A stretch of 64,000 bases of DNA from Chloroflexota bacterium (GTDB lineage: Bacteria > Chloroflexota > Dehalococcoidia > CAUJGQ01). How positions within the stretch are numbered: position 1 is the stretch's first letter; every line of letters starts with the position of its first letter. Below are positions 46,850 to 55,019 of this stretch, one piece after another. The DNA lies in NCBI GenBank assembly GCA_036741355.1, contig DAINSK010000008.1, forward strand, positions 19,757 through 83,756, written 5' to 3'. Position numbers and translations under genes: made by a program. The notes beneath the pieces were generated by a model. It had not been told where the DNA came from, searched no databases, and saw only the letters and a list, made by a program, of their open reading frames with translations.

Positions 46850-47314
46850 GTAACGACGCCTTCGCCGCAGGCAATCGCGCCCGCCGTTCCCGCTGCTCCG
46901 ACCACGCCACCGGTCACATGTGTCAACGGCGGCCTCATTCTTGCGCCGAACGCGGCCCTGGCGGGGGTCGTGACGACCGTGCTCTTTCAGTTCCAGGGGC
47001 TCGATCGCAATTCGCCCTTCAACGCCTTTGTCGGGTCCAGTCGTGCCGTCTTCGGAACGACGGACAATTCCGGCAGCAGTAGCGGCAATCTGGTTGTGCC
47101 GCCACAATCGACCACCGGTACTATCTCAGTCTTCATCGCGACCCATGACCGGTGCGCGCAGGCTCCGTTTACGGTCCTGCCGCCCTCGCGTACCGGCCAG
47201 TAAGGCTCCGCCGATAGCCAGAACCCCTATGTACAGCCAGTGGACCTTCCGCGTCGTCCAGGTTGCCTATTTCAAGCCAACGGTTGATCTTACGCTTCGA
47301 GTTTGTGATAGTTA

Positions 47315-47953
47315 TTGCGACCGACGCGTCGGTCGGTTTTTGGAGGGTCGGCGTTGGCCGAAGAGCAGGTACGCGGGCGCGAGCGCAAACAGCGAATCCT
47401 CGACGCGGGCATTGCCGTCTTCTCTCGGAAGGGCTACCGAGCCTCGGCCGTAGACGACATTGCCGCGGAGTCGGAAACCTCCAAGGGCGGAGTCTACTTC
47501 CACTTCCCGAACAAGGAGTCGATCTTCCTCGCGCTGCTCGAGCAGATGGGCGACATGTTGCTCCGCAAAGTCGAAGAGGCGATGCGCGGCGAGCCCGATC
47601 CGGTCGCGCGCGGCGACGTTGCCCTCTGCACCGTGCTCGAAACGTTTGGCCAGCACCGCTCGCTCGCGCGCTTGTTTCTGGTCGAGGCGATGGGCGCCGG
47701 CCGCGAATTCAACGCCGCCATGTTGGACCAGCACACCCGGTTCGCCGCACTCATCAAGCGTCACCTCGACGACGCAGTATCCCGTAACGCCATACCGCCG
47801 CTCGATGCCGACATCGCAAGCGTGGCCTGGTTCGGGGCGGTCAACGAAGTTACGACTCGCTGGTTGTTCACCGGCCGTCCCGAGCGGCTGGAAGACGTCT
47901 ATCCCACGCTGCGTGTCTTATTGGCGCGAAGCGCAGGCGTCCCTAATCCATAA
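47315..47953 (+). CDS. TetR/AcrR-family transcriptional regulator
   Basis: ILDAGIAVFSRKGYRASAVDDIAAESETSKGGVYFHFPNKESIF is a TetR HTH. The start is a TTG. Confidence 0.85.
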   Translation: MRPTRRSVFGGSALAEEQVRGRERKQRILDAGIAVFSRKGYRASAVDDIAAESETSKGGVYFHFPNKESIFLALLEQMGDMLLRKVEEAMRGEPDPVARGDVALCTVLETFGQHRSLARLFLVEAMGAGREFNAAMLDQHTRFAALIKRHLDDAVSRNAIPPLDADIASVAWFGAVNEVTTRWLFTGRPERLEDVYPTLRVLLARSAGVPNP

Positions 47954-47970
47954 CCATAAGGAGATCCCGG

Positions 47971-49077
47971 ATGTCCCGAGTCGTTCGCCTCTCGGTTCTG
48001 TTGCCGGTCATCGCAATCTCGCTCGCATGCAGCTCGAACGCCAACAAGGCATCCAAGAGCCCGGCCGCCGCGCCGCGATCTGGCTCTCCGGTCGCCTCGT
48101 CTGCGAACGGCGTCGCCCCGGCGTCGCTTACCAAAGTTACTGTGGGTTACATACCGATCCTGATTTATGCACCGTTCTTCGTCGCAATCGATCGCGGCTA
48201 CCTCCGCGATCAGGGCATTCAGGTCGACTTGCAGGCGCTCGCCGGTGGAGCAGACATGTTGACCCAGACCGCCGCGGGCAACTTCGACATCGGCGCGGGG
48301 GGGATCGGCTCGGCGTACTTTAACCTTGCCGCACGGGCGAAGAGCCTCAACCAGCCGCAACCGATGCGTATCGTCGCTCCGTTGCACGCCGAAAAGCCGC
48401 CGCTTGCAACGCCGCTGGTTGTAGGAAAGAAGGCCTTCGACGAAGGGCGAATCAAGACAATCGTCGACCTGAAAGGCAAAAAGGTGGCGATCAACGCGCC
48501 GGGAGCCGCCACCGAATACTGGCTCGAGAAAGCGCTCAACGCGGGAGGTCTGACGTCGAAAGACGTCGAAGTGGTCAACATTCCCTTCCAGAACGTCGCC
48601 GAGGCGCTCGATTCCGGGGCCATTTCGGGAGCCATGCTCGGTGAGCCGTTTGCCACGCAAGGCGTCCACGACGGACAGGTTCACGTGCTGAACAACTCCT
48701 TCCTGGATGGCGACCAGCCCACGGCCGTGTACTACAACAGCGACTGGGCGGCGAAACATCCGCAGCTTGCCGAGGGCTTCATGGTTGCCTATCTGAAGGC
48801 GATACGCGACCTAGAACGCGGCGGCTGGAGGGATCCGGCAACGTTGGCGATCATCGCCAAGTACACCAACCTCCCCACGGATACGATCGCGGCGGCCGCG
48901 CGGCCCTATGGCGATCCGAACGGCACCGTGAACATCGCCTCGCTGCAGAACCAGCAGACCTTTTTCAAACAGCAGGGGCGGCTGACATACGACCAGACGC
49001 TGGACATCCCATCGTTGATCGACTCGAGCTACGCGCAGGCGGCGGTGAAGACCCTTGGAACGTTCGCTCCTCGCTGA
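47971..49077 (+). CDS. ABC transporter substrate-binding lipoprotein (NMT1/SsuA/TauA-like, NitT/TauT family)
   Basis: A lipobox SLACSS and an SBP fold (VTVGYIPILIYAPFFVAIDRGY). Confidence 0.8.
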   Translation: MSRVVRLSVLLPVIAISLACSSNANKASKSPAAAPRSGSPVASSANGVAPASLTKVTVGYIPILIYAPFFVAIDRGYLRDQGIQVDLQALAGGADMLTQTAAGNFDIGAGGIGSAYFNLAARAKSLNQPQPMRIVAPLHAEKPPLATPLVVGKKAFDEGRIKTIVDLKGKKVAINAPGAATEYWLEKALNAGGLTSKDVEVVNIPFQNVAEALDSGAISGAMLGEPFATQGVHDGQVHVLNNSFLDGDQPTAVYYNSDWAAKHPQLAEGFMVAYLKAIRDLERGGWRDPATLAIIAKYTNLPTDTIAAAARPYGDPNGTVNIASLQNQQTFFKQQGRLTYDQTLDIPSLIDSSYAQAAVKTLGTFAPR

Positions 49078-49882
49078 CGCGCCGCCCGCGGCACTGACCG
49101 GCACGGTCAAGGTACGGGTCCGCAACCTGCACAAGCGATACCAGGGCGGCGCGGGAACGATCGAAGCGATCGAATCGCTCGATCTGGATGTTCGCCGTGG
49201 CGAGATCTGCACCGTTGTCGGTCCCAGCGGCTGCGGCAAAAGCACGCTGTTGCGCATCCTCGCGGGGCTCGATCTCCCGTCCGCAGGATCCGCAGAGGTG
49301 CTCGACCGGCAACGGCGTCTTCCGACCGCGACCGTTTTCCAGGGAGTGTCGCTCTTCCCCTGGTCTACCGTCGAGAGTAACGTCGCCTACCCGCTGTGGG
49401 CCGCCGGAGCCGGACGGAAACAACGGCGGCAGGCGGCTCTCTCGGCGCTGACGAGAGTCGGTCTCGAAGGTTTTGCCCGTGCTTATCCCGCGCAGCTCTC
49501 CGAGGGGATGCGCCAGCGGGTTGCGATCGCGCGGGCGCTGGTGGCGGACGCCGACGTGCTGCTCATGGACGAGCCGTTCAGCGCCCTTGATGAGCCGACC
49601 CGGCTGCTATTGCAGGAGGAGTTGCAACAGCTACTCGCGGAAAGCGGACAAACGGTAATCTTCGTCACCCACAGCATCGATGAAGCAGTGCTGCTCGGCG
49701 ACAGGGTGGTCATGCTCAGTGCGAGGCCGGCGCGCCTTCAGGCCGAGTTTGCCGTGCCCTTCGAGCGTCCGCGGCGCTTCGAGCACCTGCGCCGCGATCC
49801 GCGTTTCGGCGAGCTGACCGCGGAGATCTGGGAGCAGCTACGCGGGCAAGTAACGGCGATGGGCGGCTCCGAATGGCACTGA
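49055..49882 (+). CDS. ABC transporter ATP-binding protein (NitT/TauT family)
   Basis: The Walker A is GPSGCGKST, the signature is LSEGMRQRVAIARAL and the Walker B is LLMDEPFSALD. Confidence 0.92.
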   Translation: MERSLLADAPPAALTGTVKVRVRNLHKRYQGGAGTIEAIESLDLDVRRGEICTVVGPSGCGKSTLLRILAGLDLPSAGSAEVLDRQRRLPTATVFQGVSLFPWSTVESNVAYPLWAAGAGRKQRRQAALSALTRVGLEGFARAYPAQLSEGMRQRVAIARALVADADVLLMDEPFSALDEPTRLLLQEELQQLLAESGQTVIFVTHSIDEAVLLGDRVVMLSARPARLQAEFAVPFERPRRFEHLRRDPRFGELTAEIWEQLRGQVTAMGGSEWH

Positions 49883-50640
49883 CCAGACTGCGGGGCTTTG
49901 CGCTCGCCGTTCTCACACCGCTTGCACTTGCAGTAATGTGGGAGATCTTGAGCCGTAGGGCGGTTCTGAACCCGCTCTTCTTCCCACCGCCTAGCACGGT
50001 CGTGCGGTCGTGGGTACGGCTGATCCAGCGAGGCGGACTGCTGACCGACGTCCGCATCAGCACGGCGCGACTCCTCGCCGGGTTCGTGCTCGGTGCGGTA
50101 CCTGGCGTGGCGCTCGGCATGGCCATGGGTTTGTGGTCACCGGTGCGGACGGCTTTCCTTCCCACGGTTACGGCGCTTTACCCGATCCCTCGCATCGCCA
50201 TCCTGCCGCTTGTGCTCGTCGTCTTTGGCATCGGCGAGTCGGGGAAGCTGTTCATGGTCGGCTTCAGCGTCTTTTTCCTGATGCTGCTGGAGACACTCGC
50301 CGGCGTCCGGCAGATAGAGCCGGTGATGCTGGATGTCGCCCGTTCCGTGCGGGCTTCGCGCTGGCGGCAATACCGTTCCGTGGCGCTGCCCGGCGCTCTG
50401 CCTGCGATCTTGTCGGGGGCGCGCATCTCGCTCGGCTTCGCCTTGATCGTAATCGTCGGAACCGAGTTCCTGGCAGCGAATCGCGGTGTTGGGGCGCGTA
50501 TCTGGCAGTCTTACCAGGTGCTCGATATCGATTCGCTCTACGCCGGACTGGCGACCACCGCGCTGATGGGGTGGGCGCTGGCTGCAACGGTGAGCGTCGT
50601 CGAACGGGTCGTCATGCCATGGCGAAGCAGGGCGCGCTGA
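49873..50640 (+). CDS. ABC transporter permease (NitT/TauT family)
   Basis: Six TM helices and an EAA-like loop. It overlaps the ATPase stop by 10 nt. Confidence 0.85.
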   Translation: MALTRLRGFALAVLTPLALAVMWEILSRRAVLNPLFFPPPSTVVRSWVRLIQRGGLLTDVRISTARLLAGFVLGAVPGVALGMAMGLWSPVRTAFLPTVTALYPIPRIAILPLVLVVFGIGESGKLFMVGFSVFFLMLLETLAGVRQIEPVMLDVARSVRASRWRQYRSVALPGALPAILSGARISLGFALIVIVGTEFLAANRGVGARIWQSYQVLDIDSLYAGLATTALMGWALAATVSVVERVVMPWRSRAR

Positions 50641-51551
50641 CTGTGGCCATCGCCGGCACTCCTGTACACACCTGGTATCGCGCCACCCGTCCGCGCACGC
50701 TCAGCGCGTCGGTTGTGCCCATGCTGGCCGGTACCGCGCTGACATTGCACGCGCACTTTCATGTGTTCCGTTTCGTTCTGGCGCTCCTGGGCGCGGTTGC
50801 AATCCAGGCGGCGACCAACATGCTCAACGAGCACTACGATCACGTCCAGGGGCTGGACCTTACGCGCGTGAGACGTCAGGACATGGTGGTGCAGACGGGC
50901 GAGGTTGGCCATCGCACGCTGCTATGGGGCGGCATCGCGATGATGGCCGCGGGTTCTGGGTGCGGGTTAGTGTTGGTCTTTCTGACTGGGCCATCGCTTT
51001 TGGTGCTTGGACTATTGAGCGTCCTGGCGGCGTATGCCTACACTGCCCGGCCGATTGCGTTGGGCTACCGCGCCCTCGGCGAGGCAACCGTATTTATCTT
51101 CATGGGACCCGCCATCGTAATGGGTGCCTACTTCGTTCAGACGGGAGTTTGGTCCGGGCGGGCGTTCCTGCTGTCGGTGCCGATCGGCATGGTGGTCACC
51201 GCCATTCTGCACGTCAACAACGTACGCGACATGGGGGACGACCGCGCAAACGGCAAACGTACGCTCGCCAATCTGCTCGGGCGTCGGATAGCCGGTTACG
51301 AATATGTGCTGCTGACCGTTGGCAGCTATCCGGTGCTCGCCGCGCTGATCGTCACCCGCGTACTGCCCTGGCCATGCCTGATTGCCCTGATCTCGCTCCC
51401 CGTGGCGCTCCGTCTTTCGCGCCTGCTCACCCGAGAATCGGCCGTCCTCGCCCTCGACCGCGTCATGGTCGGCACAGCGCGCCTGAACCTGCGCTTCGGC
51501 CTGTTGATTACCCTCGGGCTGATAGCCGATGCAGTGCGTCAGGGCGGTTGA
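50619..51551 (+). CDS. menA: UbiA-superfamily prenyltransferase, MenA-like (1,4-dihydroxy-2-naphthoate polyprenyltransferase-like)
   Basis: WYRATRPRTLSASVVPMLAGTAL...ATNMLNEHYDHVQGLD (an NDxxD-type motif)...HVNNVRDMGDDRANGKRTLA (the second Asp-rich motif). It overlaps the permease stop by 22 nt. Confidence 0.75.
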   Translation: MAKQGALTVAIAGTPVHTWYRATRPRTLSASVVPMLAGTALTLHAHFHVFRFVLALLGAVAIQAATNMLNEHYDHVQGLDLTRVRRQDMVVQTGEVGHRTLLWGGIAMMAAGSGCGLVLVFLTGPSLLVLGLLSVLAAYAYTARPIALGYRALGEATVFIFMGPAIVMGAYFVQTGVWSGRAFLLSVPIGMVVTAILHVNNVRDMGDDRANGKRTLANLLGRRIAGYEYVLLTVGSYPVLAALIVTRVLPWPCLIALISLPVALRLSRLLTRESAVLALDRVMVGTARLNLRFGLLITLGLIADAVRQGG

Positions 51552-51553
51552 CC

Positions 51554-51590
51554 GCTATCTCTCCCGACCTCTCTTTCCCCGCTATACTTG
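51554..51590. repeat. GC-rich repeat, copy 7 (half element)
   Basis: ctatctctcccgacctctctttccccgctatact is nearly identical to the left half of copy 6 (ctatctccccagccctctttcccccaatact). There is no inverted partner. Confidence 0.45.
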
Positions 51591-51607
51591 ATGCAATCCT
51601 TACCTGA

Positions 51608-52777
51608 ATGCGAGGCGATGTGGCGACGATTGCTCAGGCGACGGGGGTCGGAGTTGGCGCTTGGCGGGAGGCTCTGGACGGAGCGATCGCCGGCGCCGGC
51701 GCGGTTGAGGCCGCGGACATTACCTTCCTGTTCGCCCACTCGTCGTTCGCCCCGCACTTCGGCGAGATTGCTGCGACTGCCAACGAGAAGCTCGGCGCTA
51801 AACACGTGATCGGCTGCGCAGGGCAAGGACTCATCGCCACGGGCCGTGAGATCGAGCACGAACCTGCGATCGTCGTCATGTCCGTTCGCGTCCCAAACGG
51901 CACGTTTACGCCAATTCGGCTCGAAGCAGGCCGCCCCGCACTTCCCATTGATCGGCCGGACGGCGTGACCGCCTGGCTGTTATTCGGCGACCCGTACACC
52001 CTTGACGGTGAATCAACTCTTGAGCGGTTCAACGAAGCGTATCCCGGTCTGCCCGTCATCGGCGGGATGGCGTCTGCCAACGAAGGACCGCGTAACACCG
52101 CCGTGTTCCTAGATGGAATCGCCTACCCGGATGGCGCGGTGGCAATTGCAATAGGAGGCGATGCGGGTATCCATATCACGGTCTCTCAGGGCTGCCTGCC
52201 AATCGGTCAGCCATGGATTATCACGAGCGTCAGGGACAACCTGATCGAGACGATCGCGGGGCGGCCGGCCGTCGAAATGCTGACCGATACGCTGCGCGGG
52301 CTCGACGAAGAGACACGCCGCCGCGCACAGGCCAACCTGCTCGTCGGTCTTGCCATGGACGAATACCGCGACCAGCACGGCATGGGAGACTTCCTGATCC
52401 GGAACCTCCTGGGCTATGAAAAGGAGACCGGCGCGCTTGCCATCTCTGCTCTGCCACAATCCGGCCAGACTGTGCAGTTTCAATACCGCGACGCACGCGC
52501 CGCCGGAGAGCACTTACGACAGCAGTTACTGACGCTGCGCGAGCGGATGGGAGGCGCGAAGGCTTCGGCAGCGCTGCTTTGCAGTTGCAACGGCCGCGGC
52601 TCGCAACTGTTTGGACCGATCGACCATGACCCTACAGCCATCGCCGAAGCTTTTGGCGACATCCCCGTCGCCGGCCTTTTCTGCGCAGGCGAGATCGGCC
52701 CCGTCGGCGCGCGCAACTTTCTACACGGCTTCACAGCGACGATCGCGCTGTTTAGTGAACGCCCAACGGGCTCCTGA
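51608..52777 (+). CDS. FIST-domain (FIST N plus FIST C) sensory protein
   Basis: ITFLFAHSSF...VIGCAGQGLIATG...PVIGGMASA (FIST_N) and a C-terminal ...ALLCSCNGRG...AGLFCAGEIGP (FIST_C). Confidence 0.75.
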   Translation: MRGDVATIAQATGVGVGAWREALDGAIAGAGAVEAADITFLFAHSSFAPHFGEIAATANEKLGAKHVIGCAGQGLIATGREIEHEPAIVVMSVRVPNGTFTPIRLEAGRPALPIDRPDGVTAWLLFGDPYTLDGESTLERFNEAYPGLPVIGGMASANEGPRNTAVFLDGIAYPDGAVAIAIGGDAGIHITVSQGCLPIGQPWIITSVRDNLIETIAGRPAVEMLTDTLRGLDEETRRRAQANLLVGLAMDEYRDQHGMGDFLIRNLLGYEKETGALAISALPQSGQTVQFQYRDARAAGEHLRQQLLTLRERMGGAKASAALLCSCNGRGSQLFGPIDHDPTAIAEAFGDIPVAGLFCAGEIGPVGARNFLHGFTATIALFSERPTGS

Positions 52778-52826
52778 TTTCCGTCCGGTTCGGGTCATAT
52801 AGACTGAAGACGCCGCAACGGTGCAG

Positions 52827-53297
52827 TTATCCCGGCAGAAACCAGCGCCGAAACTGCTCGTCGTTCTCGAAGCGCGGAACGTTGCCGGCCTCCGGATCGC
52901 GGGAACGGTACTCGCGTTCGAACTGCTCGTAGCTCATCGGCGTCAGCCGCACGGTGCCAGCCGGCTCGTCTTCACGCACGAATTCGAAGAGGTCATCCGC
53001 GTCGGCCGTGATATTTAGGACCGTGAACGTTCTCGAAGCATGATCGTCCTCCCAATGAATGACGACCCGCTGATCCCAGTCCTGGCAAAGTAAGAACGGA
53101 TGCACGGCGACCCCTTCCGTTCCAGCCGCCGATTCCACGAGGAGCACGTTGCGTCGCTCGGCCGGCCCGGCAACGGCGGGCATGTAGGTGCTCGGATATG
53201 TCAGCCCACGCAGGCTATCCATCGTGGTCATGATGGCTGGTCCCTCCGTTCGCATCGAGAATCCCGGGCGGCCCTGAGCCGGCTGGCCCCCCAGCAA
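52827..53297 (-). CDS. hypothetical protein
   Basis: 156-aa ORF with a TTG start, convergent with the FIST gene. No recognisable domain. The high-GC background lowers confidence. Confidence 0.35.
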   Translation of the reverse strand: MLGGQPAQGRPGFSMRTEGPAIMTTMDSLRGLTYPSTYMPAVAGPAERRNVLLVESAAGTEGVAVHPFLLCQDWDQRVVIHWEDDHASRTFTVLNITADADDLFEFVREDEPAGTVRLTPMSYEQFEREYRSRDPEAGNVPRFENDEQFRRWFLPG

Positions 53298-53395
53298 CTC
53301 AAACCAATGCTACGCGGCACTGCCGCAACTGCCGTTGAAGTGACAATATAGAGATGCCACTCCAATGTCTTGCGTCATCTACAGGAGCCTCCGTC

Positions 53396-54982
53396 ATGAC
53401 GGGTAACGCTTTCCCAACCCATTTTCTCGATCGCGCTTTTTCGCTCTACCCGCGCAAAGAAGGCATCGTTTGCGGCGACCAACGATTCACCTATCACGAG
53501 TTCGGAGAACGCGTCAGCAGGCAGTCGCACGCCCTCGCAGCGCTGGGCGTGCGCCAGGGCGATCGCGTGGCATACCTGGGCGCCAACTGCCACCGCCTGC
53601 TGGAAGCGTACTACGGCGTGGTGCAGATGGGTGCGATCTTACTGCCACTTAACATCCGCCTGACCCCCAAGGATTTCCTTTTCATTCTCAACGACGCCGA
53701 GGTAAGCACGCTCCTCGTCGAGCGCGCGATGGCCGATCTGATAGAGCCCATTCGGTCACGGGCCGCGACTCTGAAGCACCTCGTCCTGCTCGGCGAAGGC
53801 AGAACAGACCTGGACGGTTCGGATTACGAGCAGATCCTTGCCGCAGCACCAGACCACCCGTTTCCGCGGCCGGAGATGGGTGAAGACGACACGGCCGAAA
53901 TCTTCTACACGAGCGGCACTACCGGCAACCCCAAAGGCGTGATGCTAACAAACCGCAATCTTTACGCCAACGCGATGAATTACATCTGGGCGTCTCAGCT
54001 CACGGATGCCGACGTGCAGTTGCACACCGTGCCGCTCTTCCACGTCAACGGCTGGGGAACGCCCCATGCCGTCACCGGCACGGGCGGCAAGCACGTTATG
54101 ATCCGCTCGTTCGTGCCCCAGCAGGTATTCGAGCTCGTGCAGCGCGAGCGCGTAACGCTTTGCGCGATGGTCCCAACGATGATCAACGTACTCGTCAACT
54201 CGCCCGACCTGCCGAACTACGACTTTTCGTCGGTCCGCAGACTGGTATCCGGCGGCGCACCCACTCCATGGGCGCTGGCCCGGGAGGCGAGCGAAAAGCT
54301 GGGCGTGGAGTTTGTCGTCGGCTACGGCTTGACCGAAACCTCTCCGGTCCTGACGATGTCGCTCCTCAAAAGCGAGCTGAAACACCTGCCTCCTGAAGAG
54401 CAGGCGAAAATCCAGGTCAAGACTGGGCTCCCGGTGATCGGCTGCGCCGTGAAAGTCGTGCGTGAAGACGGCCACGAAGTGCACCACGACGGCGAGGAAG
54501 TCGGCGAGATCGTCGCACGAGGCGACAACGTGATGAAGGGGTACTGGCGGCGGCCGGAAGAGACGGCGGAGACGCTCCGCGGCGGCTGGTTGCATACCGG
54601 CGACCTGGCGACGGTTGACGGTAACGGGTACATCAACATCGTCGACCGCGGTAAAGACATCATCATCTCGGGCGGCGAAAATATCTCGTCGGTCGAAGTA
54701 GAAGATGCGCTCTACGAGCATCCGGCGGTGCTCGAGGCGGCGGTCATAGCCAAACCCGACCCGCGCTGGGGCGAGGTTGTACACGCGATCGTGGTGCTGA
54801 GGCCGGGCGCAACCGCAACCGAGCAGCAGATCATCGAGCACGCGCGCGGACGCCTCGCGCACTTCAAGGCGCCGAAAGGCGTGGACATCGTTGAATCGTT
54901 GCCAAAGACCGGAACCGGCAAAGTCCAGAAAAATGTCCTGCGCGAGCAGTACTGGACAGGGTACGAGCGCAGGGTCCACTAA
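53396..54982 (+). CDS. acyl-CoA synthetase / AMP-dependent ligase (ANL superfamily)
   Basis: IFYTSGTTGNPKGVMLTNRN is the AMP-binding motif I. The later motifs GYGLTETS, TGDLA, and GGENISS...E...KGVDIVESLPKTGTGKVQK are present. Confidence 0.9.
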   Translation: MTGNAFPTHFLDRAFSLYPRKEGIVCGDQRFTYHEFGERVSRQSHALAALGVRQGDRVAYLGANCHRLLEAYYGVVQMGAILLPLNIRLTPKDFLFILNDAEVSTLLVERAMADLIEPIRSRAATLKHLVLLGEGRTDLDGSDYEQILAAAPDHPFPRPEMGEDDTAEIFYTSGTTGNPKGVMLTNRNLYANAMNYIWASQLTDADVQLHTVPLFHVNGWGTPHAVTGTGGKHVMIRSFVPQQVFELVQRERVTLCAMVPTMINVLVNSPDLPNYDFSSVRRLVSGGAPTPWALAREASEKLGVEFVVGYGLTETSPVLTMSLLKSELKHLPPEEQAKIQVKTGLPVIGCAVKVVREDGHEVHHDGEEVGEIVARGDNVMKGYWRRPEETAETLRGGWLHTGDLATVDGNGYINIVDRGKDIIISGGENISSVEVEDALYEHPAVLEAAVIAKPDPRWGEVVHAIVVLRPGATATEQQIIEHARGRLAHFKAPKGVDIVESLPKTGTGKVQKNVLREQYWTGYERRVH

Positions 54983-55019
54983 GCGGGCAGTAGGCAATAG
55001 GCAGTGGTGGGGACGTCAC

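Noticed and set aside
17900-51590. CRISPR array formed by the GC-rich repeats
   Set aside because: The copies are palindromic, of variable sequence, in both orientations and tens of kb apart. They are not regularly spaced direct repeats with spacers, and no cas genes are present.
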